This document shows positions 35,295-42,245 of a stretch of DNA of 42,245 nt, piece after piece. Positions within the stretch are counted from its first letter, which is position 1. Each line of letters opens with the position of its first letter. Under the pieces are notes generated by a model. That model searched no databases, had not been told where the DNA came from, and worked only from the letters and a program-made list of their open reading frames with translations. The stretch is taken from positions 1 to 42,245 of IMG/VR virus record IMGVR_UViG_3300030097_000139. The stretch is one strand, 5' to 3'. Source of the stretch: a virus (Duplodnaviria; Caudoviricetes). A program made the position numbers and the translations under genes.

Positions 35295-35547
35295 TATCGG
35301 CTCCTTTTGTCATTACTTCGTTAAGTTCTCGGCCAAACTCTACACCCCAAACGTGCAGCGGGTCGCTGTTGTCTGAAAGCATTAGGTCGGCCGCCAGCTG
35401 GGCTAACACCCTTGCCGCGGATTGCCCCGAGTCTTTGCAATAGTCGGCGAGGGCGCGCTTGGTGGCACTGAGGGTCGGCCCGTCGCCGATCGGGATCTCG
35501 CCGTTGCACTCACACTCAAAGCGGTAGCGCGTCTCTTCCGGGCTCAT
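35269..35547 (-). CDS. Hypothetical protein
   Basis: ATGA overlap with upstream gene and GGAGGT RBS; start ATG 35547. Confidence 0.6.
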   Translation of the reverse strand: MSPEETRYRFECECNGEIPIGDGPTLSATKRALADYCKDSGQSAARVLAQLAADLMLSDNSDPLHVWGVEFGRELNEVMTKGADNGTQNATI

Positions 35548-35699
35548 TGGCACACCTCCGGGGGCCACGCGCCCTGCTCTACCATCTTCAAACAGTGCTC
35601 GTGCTGGGCGACGGCGTCTTGGTAGTCCATTTCACCCACTAGGCCGAACAGGGCCAGCAGAAGCAGCGCAACGGCTGCGGCCTTAATCTTTTTTAGCAT
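35544..35699 (-). CDS. Small membrane protein
   Basis: GAGGT RBS, MLKKIKAAAVALLLLALFGLVG TM; start ATG 35699. Confidence 0.6.
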   Translation of the reverse strand: MLKKIKAAAVALLLLALFGLVGEMDYQDAVAQHEHCLKMVEQGAWPPEVCQ

Positions 35700-35904
35700 G
35701 GTTTGCCACCTCTTCACAGAACGCCACCTCGGCGTGGATCTTGTTAACGTAGCGGCTGACTGTACCACGGCCGCACTTGTGGGCGTCCTCGGCGCTGTAA
35801 GCGCTTACGCCGTTGATAATCACCGCCCGGCAGGCGGCAATCGTTGCGCTGTTCAGTCGTTCAAAGCGCTGCTCGACGATAAGGTCGAATTGTTCGGGGG
35901 TCAT
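35683..35904 (-). CDS. TrfB/KorA-like HTH protein
   Basis: MT.EQF...A.RAV...G.....A......R..VSR.V pattern; GAGGAG RBS. Confidence 0.6.
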   Translation of the reverse strand: MTPEQFDLIVEQRFERLNSATIAACRAVIINGVSAYSAEDAHKCGRGTVSRYVNKIHAEVAFCEEVANHAKKD

Positions 35905-35918
35905 TGCGGGCTCCTCGG

Positions 35919-36140
35919 TTACTTGGTTAAGGCGTCGATAACATTAAGCACCACGTCGTCACCTAAGTGGCTGTCGACGGTGCTCTTGGATTCAATTAGT
36001 TGGGCGCGTGGGTTGTTGAACTTAACCACCACGACCAAGCCGTCGTCGAAGTAGACGCGGTTGTTGCCCTTGTCCAGTGCGTCGCCGTGGCGGTTTTCTT
36101 TGTAGCCCAGCGCTTTAAGTTTGGCGGTTAGTGTTTTCAT
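35919..36140 (-). CDS. Hypothetical protein
   Basis: AGGA RBS; first gene after promoter at 36175-36202. Confidence 0.65.
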   Translation of the reverse strand: MKTLTAKLKALGYKENRHGDALDKGNNRVYFDDGLVVVVKFNNPRAQLIESKSTVDSHLGDDVVLNVIDALTK

Positions 36141-36174
36141 GTCGTTGCGTCCTGTTGTGTTGTCTATGATTCAA

Positions 36175-36202
36175 ATAATAGCAGACTAATAGCACAAGTC
36201 AA
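36175..36202 (-). promoter_or_regulatory. Sigma70-like promoter overlapped by TAATAGCA direct repeats
   Basis: Minus strand TTGACT-N16-(TGc)TATTAT; repeats at 36176-83 and 36187-94. Confidence 0.6.
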
Positions 36203-36211
36203 GCAACTAAT

Positions 36212-36237
36212 AAAAAAAGCCCGGTGGTTAGCCGGGC
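36212..36237 (-). terminator. Intrinsic terminator after RNR gene
   Basis: Minus strand GCCCGG-ctaacca-CCGGGC-TTTTTTT. Confidence 0.85.
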
Positions 36238-36254
36238 AAAGGGTGGGGGAGAAT

Positions 36255-38102
36255 TTAAACTATTTCACACGCGCCTCCAGCGCACGCGGCTTCGGCCTTG
36301 AGGTCCGTTTCGTCGGTGGCCTCGTTGACCAAGTGCAGGTCGAGCCCTTCGAGGTGTGGCAGCATGGCCGCGAACTCTTCCGGGGTGCAGTCCTCAAAGG
36401 GTGCCTGCGGGTATGTCCCGCCGTCATACGGCAGCACGGCGATCCCGTTGTAGTCGTCGCGGTGGCCCCACATCCACTCGCCGGTGACGGCCCACTCTTC
36501 GGGCTTAATGCTGATCGTGCAGCTGACGTTGTGCGTGTTGACGCCTTCACGGTGGCCCGGGCGCACCCACTCAAGGTTAAACCGGCGTACACGCCCCAAC
36601 AGGTCGTCCGCGCTTTCTGTGCGCATTACCGCGCCTTCTGGTGCCTTCTGCGGGAAACTTAACACGGCATTGCCCGGGCTCAATTGGTCGTCCTCAACCA
36701 GTGCCGGAGCTGCCGCCAGCATATAGCGGTAGAGCGCCTCGTTCTTCCCTACGCGCATTCTGCGGATATAGTGGTCATTGTGCCAAGCGTGGATACCAGA
36801 CGAGCAGCCGAACACTAGCGAGGTTGTGCCCGCGGGTTTGACGGTGGTTGTTCTGGCTGCGTGGTTAATGCCGATAGTCGCGGCCGTCATTTCGTTGGTG
36901 TGCTTCGCCTGCTCAGCGGCCAGCGCCAAATCAAGACCAAGAACGGCCCCGGAGGCTATGCCAGTCAATCCAACGCCGATCAGTGCGTCCTCTTCGGTGG
37001 TGGCCTTCCAGATTGGGCGCAGATAGTGAAAGTCAGTGTACCCGGCTTGCAGCGTGCCAATAAACGCCGCGGCCTCTACGCGCTCGTTGAAGTCCTGCTG
37101 GTCCGCTACGTCGGACGCGTTGACCTCGGTTAAGTTGCAGAACTGGAAAGGGCGCAGGGCAATCTCGCAGCAAGGGTTGGTGCCCCAGTCTTCGTCGCTG
37201 GTCCAGTAAACGCCCGGCTCACCGGCTCCGCTTTGCTCCACCAGCTGCCAAATGTGGTCGAACTCTTCGCGGCCCACCTTATCACGGGGGAGTACGGCCG
37301 AATTGTTCGCACGCCCTCGCCACGGTGCGGTTTCCCACCACGCGCCAGACTTGCAGGTCAGCATTTCGGCGTCGTCACGGCTGAACAGGCAGATCAAGGC
37401 AGCCCGTCGAATGCCACCGGCCAACACCGCGTCGGCAATAATGCACATCATGTCGTGGGCTTCAATCGGTTTAAGTTGGCGGCCAACAGCGGCACGCAGG
37501 ACGCTTTCGAGTGCTTCAAGGCATACGCGCAACGGCTCCGGGCCGGGTGCCTTGCCGCCAGAGGTGATCAGAGGTGCGCCCTTCTCTCGTATGTCGTCAA
37601 AGATGAACACCGGGCGCGCTTTGCCGTAGAAGTACGCCTCGACCAGCACCTTGACCGAATCGGCCCACCCTTCGATTGAGTCGCCGATCACGAAGCGCCG
37701 GGCGTCAATAGTGCCCTGAACAGCGGGGAGTTTGGCGACGTGCTGGCGTTGGACGGAATAGCCGCCGCCGGTCCCGCCCAATAGTAAAAACATCATTTCG
37801 CTGAACGCGTCCGGGTGGTCCGCGGGCATGTACGCGCAATTAAAGATCCGGTTGTTGGCTAGCTCAATCGGTCGGCCGCCGAATTGTAGCGAGCGCATGG
37901 ACGGCAGGACCTTCTTAGTTAGCACGAAGTCGTGGAAAACGCGCTGGATCTCGTCGGCCAAGTGTGGGTACCGGCGGACGTGCATGTCGCAGTTGCGCTG
38001 GGCTATCTCGGCCCAGTCCTCGCGCCGCTCTTGCATAGGCAAATAGCGGGCGTACTTGTTAAAAACGGTTATATCTGAAAGCAGTTGAATTGCTGTGCTC
38101 AT
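36255..38102 (-). CDS. nrdJ: Class II (adenosylcobalamin-dependent) ribonucleotide reductase
   Basis: PSMRSLQFGG, FNCAY, GGIRRAA, TNPCCEI, FCNLTE, TVKPAGT, C-terminal CAGGAC; no small-subunit gene in window. Confidence 0.9.
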   Translation of the reverse strand: MSTAIQLLSDITVFNKYARYLPMQERREDWAEIAQRNCDMHVRRYPHLADEIQRVFHDFVLTKKVLPSMRSLQFGGRPIELANNRIFNCAYMPADHPDAFSEMMFLLLGGTGGGYSVQRQHVAKLPAVQGTIDARRFVIGDSIEGWADSVKVLVEAYFYGKARPVFIFDDIREKGAPLITSGGKAPGPEPLRVCLEALESVLRAAVGRQLKPIEAHDMMCIIADAVLAGGIRRAALICLFSRDDAEMLTCKSGAWWETAPWRGRANNSAVLPRDKVGREEFDHIWQLVEQSGAGEPGVYWTSDEDWGTNPCCEIALRPFQFCNLTEVNASDVADQQDFNERVEAAAFIGTLQAGYTDFHYLRPIWKATTEEDALIGVGLTGIASGAVLGLDLALAAEQAKHTNEMTAATIGINHAARTTTVKPAGTTSLVFGCSSGIHAWHNDHYIRRMRVGKNEALYRYMLAAAPALVEDDQLSPGNAVLSFPQKAPEGAVMRTESADDLLGRVRRFNLEWVRPGHREGVNTHNVSCTISIKPEEWAVTGEWMWGHRDDYNGIAVLPYDGGTYPQAPFEDCTPEEFAAMLPHLEGLDLHLVNEATDETDLKAEAACAGGACEIV

Positions 38103-38114
38103 GGGTGAATTACC

Positions 38115-38399
38115 TTATTTAATGTGAAATGGTGTGTACTGGTAGAGCGTGCCGCCGGTTGGGTCGCCTACGTTCTCGCGGTTTAGGTGGCCGACTTTCC
38201 ACAAGCGCCGGAGCGTGCCGTTGGCGCTTTGAATGCTGACGCCGAAACGCTTAGCAACCGCGCTGGTGTCGATCACCTTTTCGCGCTCGGCGTATTGTAT
38301 GACCTCGGCTTGGTGGGTGGTCGGCACAAGCGCTTTAAACAGCGCCCGCTCCTTAATGATTAAGCGCCGCAGCTCCGGGCTTATGTCGCTGGCTTTCAT
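38115..38399 (-). CDS. Winged-HTH-like protein
   Basis: TSAVAKRFGVSIQSANGTLRRLWKVGHL; AAGGAG RBS and ATGA overlap. Confidence 0.65.
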   Translation of the reverse strand: MKASDISPELRRLIIKERALFKALVPTTHQAEVIQYAEREKVIDTSAVAKRFGVSIQSANGTLRRLWKVGHLNRENVGDPTGGTLYQYTPFHIK

Positions 38400-40894
38400 G
38401 TGGTCTCCTTCTGTTTACCGAATGCGCCCGCGACTACGTTAGCCGGTGCGCCTCCGCGAACTCCGAGGCCCTCGAAGCCGCTAGAAACTGCGGTGTCAAT
38501 CCGCAGGCTTTTCTTCTCTTCGACCGGCTGGCCTAATAGCGTAGCCCGTAGGCTGCGCAAGAACGCGTGGCGGCTGCTGGCCTTGATATTCGCGTCCGCC
38601 ACATAAATGCGGTAGGCGCTCCACAAGTCCTTCGAGTGGCAGCGCTGGCCCTTGCCGATCGTGCAATACTCCGCGATAAACTCGCGCAGCGGTTGGTTGC
38701 CGTCCTTCATGTCGTCCGTTGCCTGAATAGACGAGGCGGGCTCAGTGAAGCGGCCACCGTTGGCGAGAAGGCGTTGTAGGCCAACAATGCCCCACGCGGC
38801 CACACCTTCCAAGCACTGGCGCATACGCCCGCCGATCCCCTTGTCTTCCACGCCCGCAAACGAGCGATCGAAGCGCAGGACCAGAAAGCGCGTAGTACTC
38901 GCGCCGGAGTCGTCCACCATAACCGGGATGCCATTACAGGCAAACAGGAACTTGCTATTTAGGCGGCCGGTCCAAGGTGTCTGGACGTTCAACAGTTGGA
39001 TGCTGACCGGCTCGTTTGATGCTACTTTGTTCATAAAACCGATCGCCTCTTTGGTCTCTTGGCGTGGGGGTGGCTTGCCCTCATGGTCAAACACCACATC
39101 GTGGTGGATGAACAGCGACTGGGTTTTGCCGTTCGCAAGGTTGGCGAAGTTCGCAAACCCGCATTTGCCCGCGCCCACAATGGCCGACAGCGCGTCGAAT
39201 ATGACGCCCTTACCCGCACGCGTTGCGCCGTCAAACGCTACGCACTTCTGAACATTCAGATCGTCAGTGATAAGCAGCCAGCCGACAATCTCTTGCAGTA
39301 GCGCCACCCGGTCGTCGCCGTCATGCAGTCCGCCAAACACTCGGTCCATGTGTGCGGCCCACTCGCCTAGCTGCGCGTTCGGGTTGTAGCTTACGGACAG
39401 CGCCCCGGTGTTATTATTGTCGTGGTGGTGCGGGTAAATCATCTGGCTATCAAGGTCGAGGACGCCGTTCTGGAAGTAGACCCGGCGGTCAGCTGCGGCA
39501 GCTTCTCGGCGTGGCGCTTTCAGGGCCAGCGCTTGGACCGTCCCTTTCACGTTTGGCATTTTATCTTGATCCGGGCTCAACGCCGCAGACGTAAGACGCA
39601 GCAGTGTGTCTTCTTCCGCTTTCTGCCATTCAATGCCGGTCCACCAGCGCAAAACCCCCTCGAAGGTAGCCAGACGGCCGCCGAAGACTTCCTGCAGCAT
39701 AATGGCCGCGTTTGAACCGTGCGCGCCGGTTGCTCGGCTGATCTGACGTTCTGGCACTTGGTCCAGTGTGACCACGGCGGGCAACTCCGCAACAGAGGTC
39801 GCGTCCGTGGTGGCTTTAGTCGGAGCCCTCCCGCCGTCTAGCATTTCGCGCAGCTGCTTGGTTAATTGGTTGTCCTCTTTCAGCAACTTGAGCATTAAGC
39901 CGCGCAGGGCTGCCAGCTGTGAAGGTGAGCCCGGGAAGTTGACGATCGTATCAATCAACCGCGGCTGCTCTTTCGGGTCCAGTGCGTGCGCGTTAATGTC
40001 GTCGATCGTGTCGGCGTAAACGTCAACCGCCGCCGCGCCTTGGCCGAACACTGCGGAAACGTCAAACCCTTTAGGCGGCCTCCAGCCGTGTTCCATAGCC
40101 TTGTGGTATAGCGTACCGCCTGCAATGCCGCCCTCGCTGCCGGTGTGGAACCACTGGTGCTCCACGTCGTCAATGCTCATATAGTTGGCGGGCGGCTCTT
40201 GGTCGTCGGAGTATTCGCCAGCCGACCACGCGTTGAAAATCTCGAGGCCCTGTTCGGGGTCGTGCGCCGTCAAGTGTCGGGCCGCTGCCAATAGTCGCCA
40301 CCAGTCTTCACGGCCACAAGCCGGGTCGATACTGGCCAGCGCGCTCTTCATGTTCTCCACTTCTTGCTCGGTTAGCGGTTTGGTGGGCTTCTCGGCTTGC
40401 CGTTCTGGCTTCTTGAGCTTGAGCGCGGCAGCGGGCGGCAATTGTGGGAGGGTGGACGGATAGGCAAGAGCGCCAGCGCCGCCGGGTTTGGTCGGCGTGT
40501 AGCCTTCACCCGTAACGATAAACCCCGCGCCAGCTCGGCGGCTGTCAAACCCCGCCAGCTTGAACAGGTCGGAGCCTTGCATTAGTTCGTCACCGTTATG
40601 GCTAAACGCGTAGTGCTCACCGCCGTTGGCTGTTCTTTGGATCAGCGCTTCATCCCACGGAAGGGCGCAACCAAGTAGCTGCTCAACCGCGTGGCGCGTT
40701 ACGCCTTTGTATAAGTCGAGGTCGACGACGAAGCAGCCGACAGGGACCGGCACGCCTATTTTATTGGATGGCCACTGGTATTGGTCCGGGGCTAATGGGT
40801 GCTGCCAACCTTTAACGGCTGGTCTCTTCTTAGTTGTGACCGGGAAGACAGGCAGCCCGTAAGCGCTAAACTGCTGGGCTAACTGCTTCGACAT
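38396..40894 (-). CDS. Primase-polymerase / D5-like SF3 helicase fusion
   Basis: N-terminal VFPV...K.P...GW, VVDLD, T..GG.H; PriCT-like W......W segment; Walker A GATRAGKG; RFLVLRF. Confidence 0.88.
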   Translation of the reverse strand: MSKQLAQQFSAYGLPVFPVTTKKRPAVKGWQHPLAPDQYQWPSNKIGVPVPVGCFVVDLDLYKGVTRHAVEQLLGCALPWDEALIQRTANGGEHYAFSHNGDELMQGSDLFKLAGFDSRRAGAGFIVTGEGYTPTKPGGAGALAYPSTLPQLPPAAALKLKKPERQAEKPTKPLTEQEVENMKSALASIDPACGREDWWRLLAAARHLTAHDPEQGLEIFNAWSAGEYSDDQEPPANYMSIDDVEHQWFHTGSEGGIAGGTLYHKAMEHGWRPPKGFDVSAVFGQGAAAVDVYADTIDDINAHALDPKEQPRLIDTIVNFPGSPSQLAALRGLMLKLLKEDNQLTKQLREMLDGGRAPTKATTDATSVAELPAVVTLDQVPERQISRATGAHGSNAAIMLQEVFGGRLATFEGVLRWWTGIEWQKAEEDTLLRLTSAALSPDQDKMPNVKGTVQALALKAPRREAAAADRRVYFQNGVLDLDSQMIYPHHHDNNNTGALSVSYNPNAQLGEWAAHMDRVFGGLHDGDDRVALLQEIVGWLLITDDLNVQKCVAFDGATRAGKGVIFDALSAIVGAGKCGFANFANLANGKTQSLFIHHDVVFDHEGKPPPRQETKEAIGFMNKVASNEPVSIQLLNVQTPWTGRLNSKFLFACNGIPVMVDDSGASTTRFLVLRFDRSFAGVEDKGIGGRMRQCLEGVAAWGIVGLQRLLANGGRFTEPASSIQATDDMKDGNQPLREFIAEYCTIGKGQRCHSKDLWSAYRIYVADANIKASSRHAFLRSLRATLLGQPVEEKKSLRIDTAVSSGFEGLGVRGGAPANVVAGAFGKQKETT

Positions 40895-41085
40895 TCAGCA
40901 CCCCCGAGAAGCTCTTGCAGGTCCGACTCTTTAATGCGGACCGTCTTGTGGGTAATACGGGTGGCGCGGAGCTTACCCGAGGCAATGTAGCGACTGACCG
41001 TTCGCGTCGAGACTTTCAGGCGTTCCGCCGCGTCGGCGATAGTCAGCTCCGCCGTTTCGGCCGTGGCCGGGGTGGTGGCTTGCAT
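40879..41085 (-). CDS. Excisionase-like (HTH_17) DNA-binding protein
   Basis: LTIADAAERLKVSTRTVSRYIASGKLRA...RIKESDL. Confidence 0.85.
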   Translation of the reverse strand: MQATTPATAETAELTIADAAERLKVSTRTVSRYIASGKLRATRITHKTVRIKESDLQELLGGAECRSS

Positions 41086-41123
41086 GGGGTGTCCTTGTTA
41101 TTGGGTTAAAAGATATGGCGTAG

Positions 41124-41152
41124 AGAATAACCGACAGTAACCGACAAAGCAA
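41124..41152 (-). promoter_or_regulatory. Promoter of xis-like/primase operon with tandem TAACCGACA repeats
   Basis: Minus strand TTGCTT-N17-TATTCT; repeats 41128-36 and 41138-46. Confidence 0.6.
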
Positions 41153-41159
41153 GACGTAT

Positions 41160-41410
41160 TTTGTAGGAAATTCCGATCGCCGGTTTTCCTACAGCCGTAG
41201 CATTGTAGTTTTTCTGTAGTGAATTTCTGTGGCGGTTTTCCTACAGCTAAACCCTTGTTTCTATTAGTCTTTTCTTTTCTTTGTAGTAAAGTAGTAAATA
41301 AATAAGAAGTGAAAGGCATAAAGCAAAACGGTTAAGAAATAGCCTAAAAAGCCCATAATAAGCCGTGATTCTATATACTGAGCGGCCAAACTTTTTTTTT
41401 TACTACACGC
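41160..41410. other. Candidate replication origin (AT-rich, repeated CTACA/TGTAG motifs)
   Basis: CGGTTTTCCTACAGC at 41181 and 41233, inverted TGTAGGAAA at 41162, further TGTAG copies, AT-rich tract; adjacent to primase operon. Confidence 0.5.
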
Positions 41411-41451
41411 CTACCGAACGGTTATACTTAGGCCAACAGGAGGACCGCATT

Positions 41452-42141
41452 ATGACGATCACAGCAAACGCGGCGCAGGTGCGCCAACTCGAAAACAAGC
41501 TCGAGAGACTAAACAGCAGGGGCCTACTTTTCGCGGAACTCGAAACGGTGAACCGTGCCGCATTCGAGACCCAGAAGGAGGCGCGACGCGAACTGGGCGG
41601 CCGCATGACCTTGCGGAACGCATGGTCGCAGCGCTCTATCCTTGTGCGTAAGGCCAACCGCCAGACGTTGGAGGCCGCCACCGGCTCGACGCAGCGATAC
41701 ATGGAGACGCAAGAGATCGGAGGCCGTGAAGATTCGACAGGGAAGCACGGCGTGGCGATCCCCACGTCTGTTGCGTCCGGCGAGGGGCGGGGCAGTAAGC
41801 CACGGCAAAAGCTGGTGCGCAGGCCGAACAAGGTGTCGAACATTACCCTAGCGCGTAACGCCCGCACGTCTAACCGTAAGCAGCGCAACGCCATAGCAGT
41901 GAAGGAGGCGATCAGAACCGGCCGCCGCTACATCTTCTTGGAGCTACAGCGGCGCAAGGGTTTGTTCAGAGTGTACGGGGGCAAGCGCAAGCCACGCGTC
42001 GAAATGATCCAAGACCTGTCGCGCAAGTCCGTGAACATACCCCGCAACCCGTGGCTCATGCCAGCCGCAGACAAACAAGTGCAACAGCTCCCGCGCTACT
42101 ATGCCACCGCCTTAGAGCGACAGCTCAAGCGGCTAAGGTGA
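41452..42141 (+). CDS. Basic protein, possibly tail-completion/neck protein (gpZ / HK97 gp10-like)
   Basis: AGGAGG RBS before ATG 41452; Arg/Lys-rich, VNRAA N-terminal helix and PRNPWLMPA C-terminal motif. Confidence 0.5.
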   Translation: MTITANAAQVRQLENKLERLNSRGLLFAELETVNRAAFETQKEARRELGGRMTLRNAWSQRSILVRKANRQTLEAATGSTQRYMETQEIGGREDSTGKHGVAIPTSVASGEGRGSKPRQKLVRRPNKVSNITLARNARTSNRKQRNAIAVKEAIRTGRRYIFLELQRRKGLFRVYGGKRKPRVEMIQDLSRKSVNIPRNPWLMPAADKQVQQLPRYYATALERQLKRLR

Positions 42142-42180
42142 CACGCGCGTCCACCACGCGAGCGAGACGCGACGCGACGC

Positions 42181-42193
42181 TAAGTCATTGATT
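42181..42193 (-). promoter_or_regulatory. IHF consensus site near genome end
   Basis: Minus strand AATCAATGACTTA matches WATCAANNNNTTR exactly. Confidence 0.6.
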
Positions 42194-42229
42194 TAAAAGG
42201 TACTGTGGCGGGGGTGGGCGTCTCCCTGC

Positions 42230-42244
42230 GTTTTGTTTCGCGCC
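42230..42244. repeat. Right copy of 15-bp terminal direct repeat
   Basis: GTTTTGTTTCGCGCC identical to 1..15, followed by a single extra A. Confidence 0.75.
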
Positions 42245-42245
42245 A

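Noticed and set aside
40879-41085. Excisionase as evidence of an integrating prophage
   Set aside because: No integrase, att-like context or flanking host genes are visible
41098-41319. 73-aa minus-strand ORF
   Set aside because: Spans the promoter and repeat-rich AT tract, with atypical composition and no convincing RBS

Overview
The window appears to be a complete, GC-rich ~42.2 kb tailed-phage genome. The first 15 nt recur at the far end, next to a perfect IHF consensus, which suggests cos-type ends. The left half (+ strand, ~99-23489) is a morphogenesis and lysis arm: a lambda-like head module (terS, gpA-type terL, gpW, portal, S49 protease with nested scaffold, decoration protein, gpE-type capsid), a Mu-like contractile tail and baseplate, a beta-helix tailspike, an M15 endolysin and holin-like genes. 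The right half carries replication and nucleotide-metabolism genes in several operons: family A DNA polymerase, DEDDh exonuclease, DUF2815 SSB, DUF2800 nuclease, SF2 helicase, VRR-NUC, DNA methyltransferase, class II ribonucleotide reductase, primase-helicase and small HTH regulators. I saw no integrase, CI-type repressor, tRNA or CRISPR array. The most notable observations are: (1) a YspA-like SLOG domain fused in frame to the DNA polymerase, which also has a Cys4 insertion and a Leu at the PolA 762 position; (2) a 21-bp palindromic operator (TAACTT-N9-AAGTTA) at five or six promoters, including an overlapping divergent pair; (3) a multi-stem RNA element after the tail-tube gene whose loop can pair with the next Shine-Dalgarno; (4) an exonuclease with an N-terminal membrane anchor; (5) a methyltransferase with an inserted HTH-like segment. 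All family assignments come from motif recognition by eye and gene order; no database searches were run.
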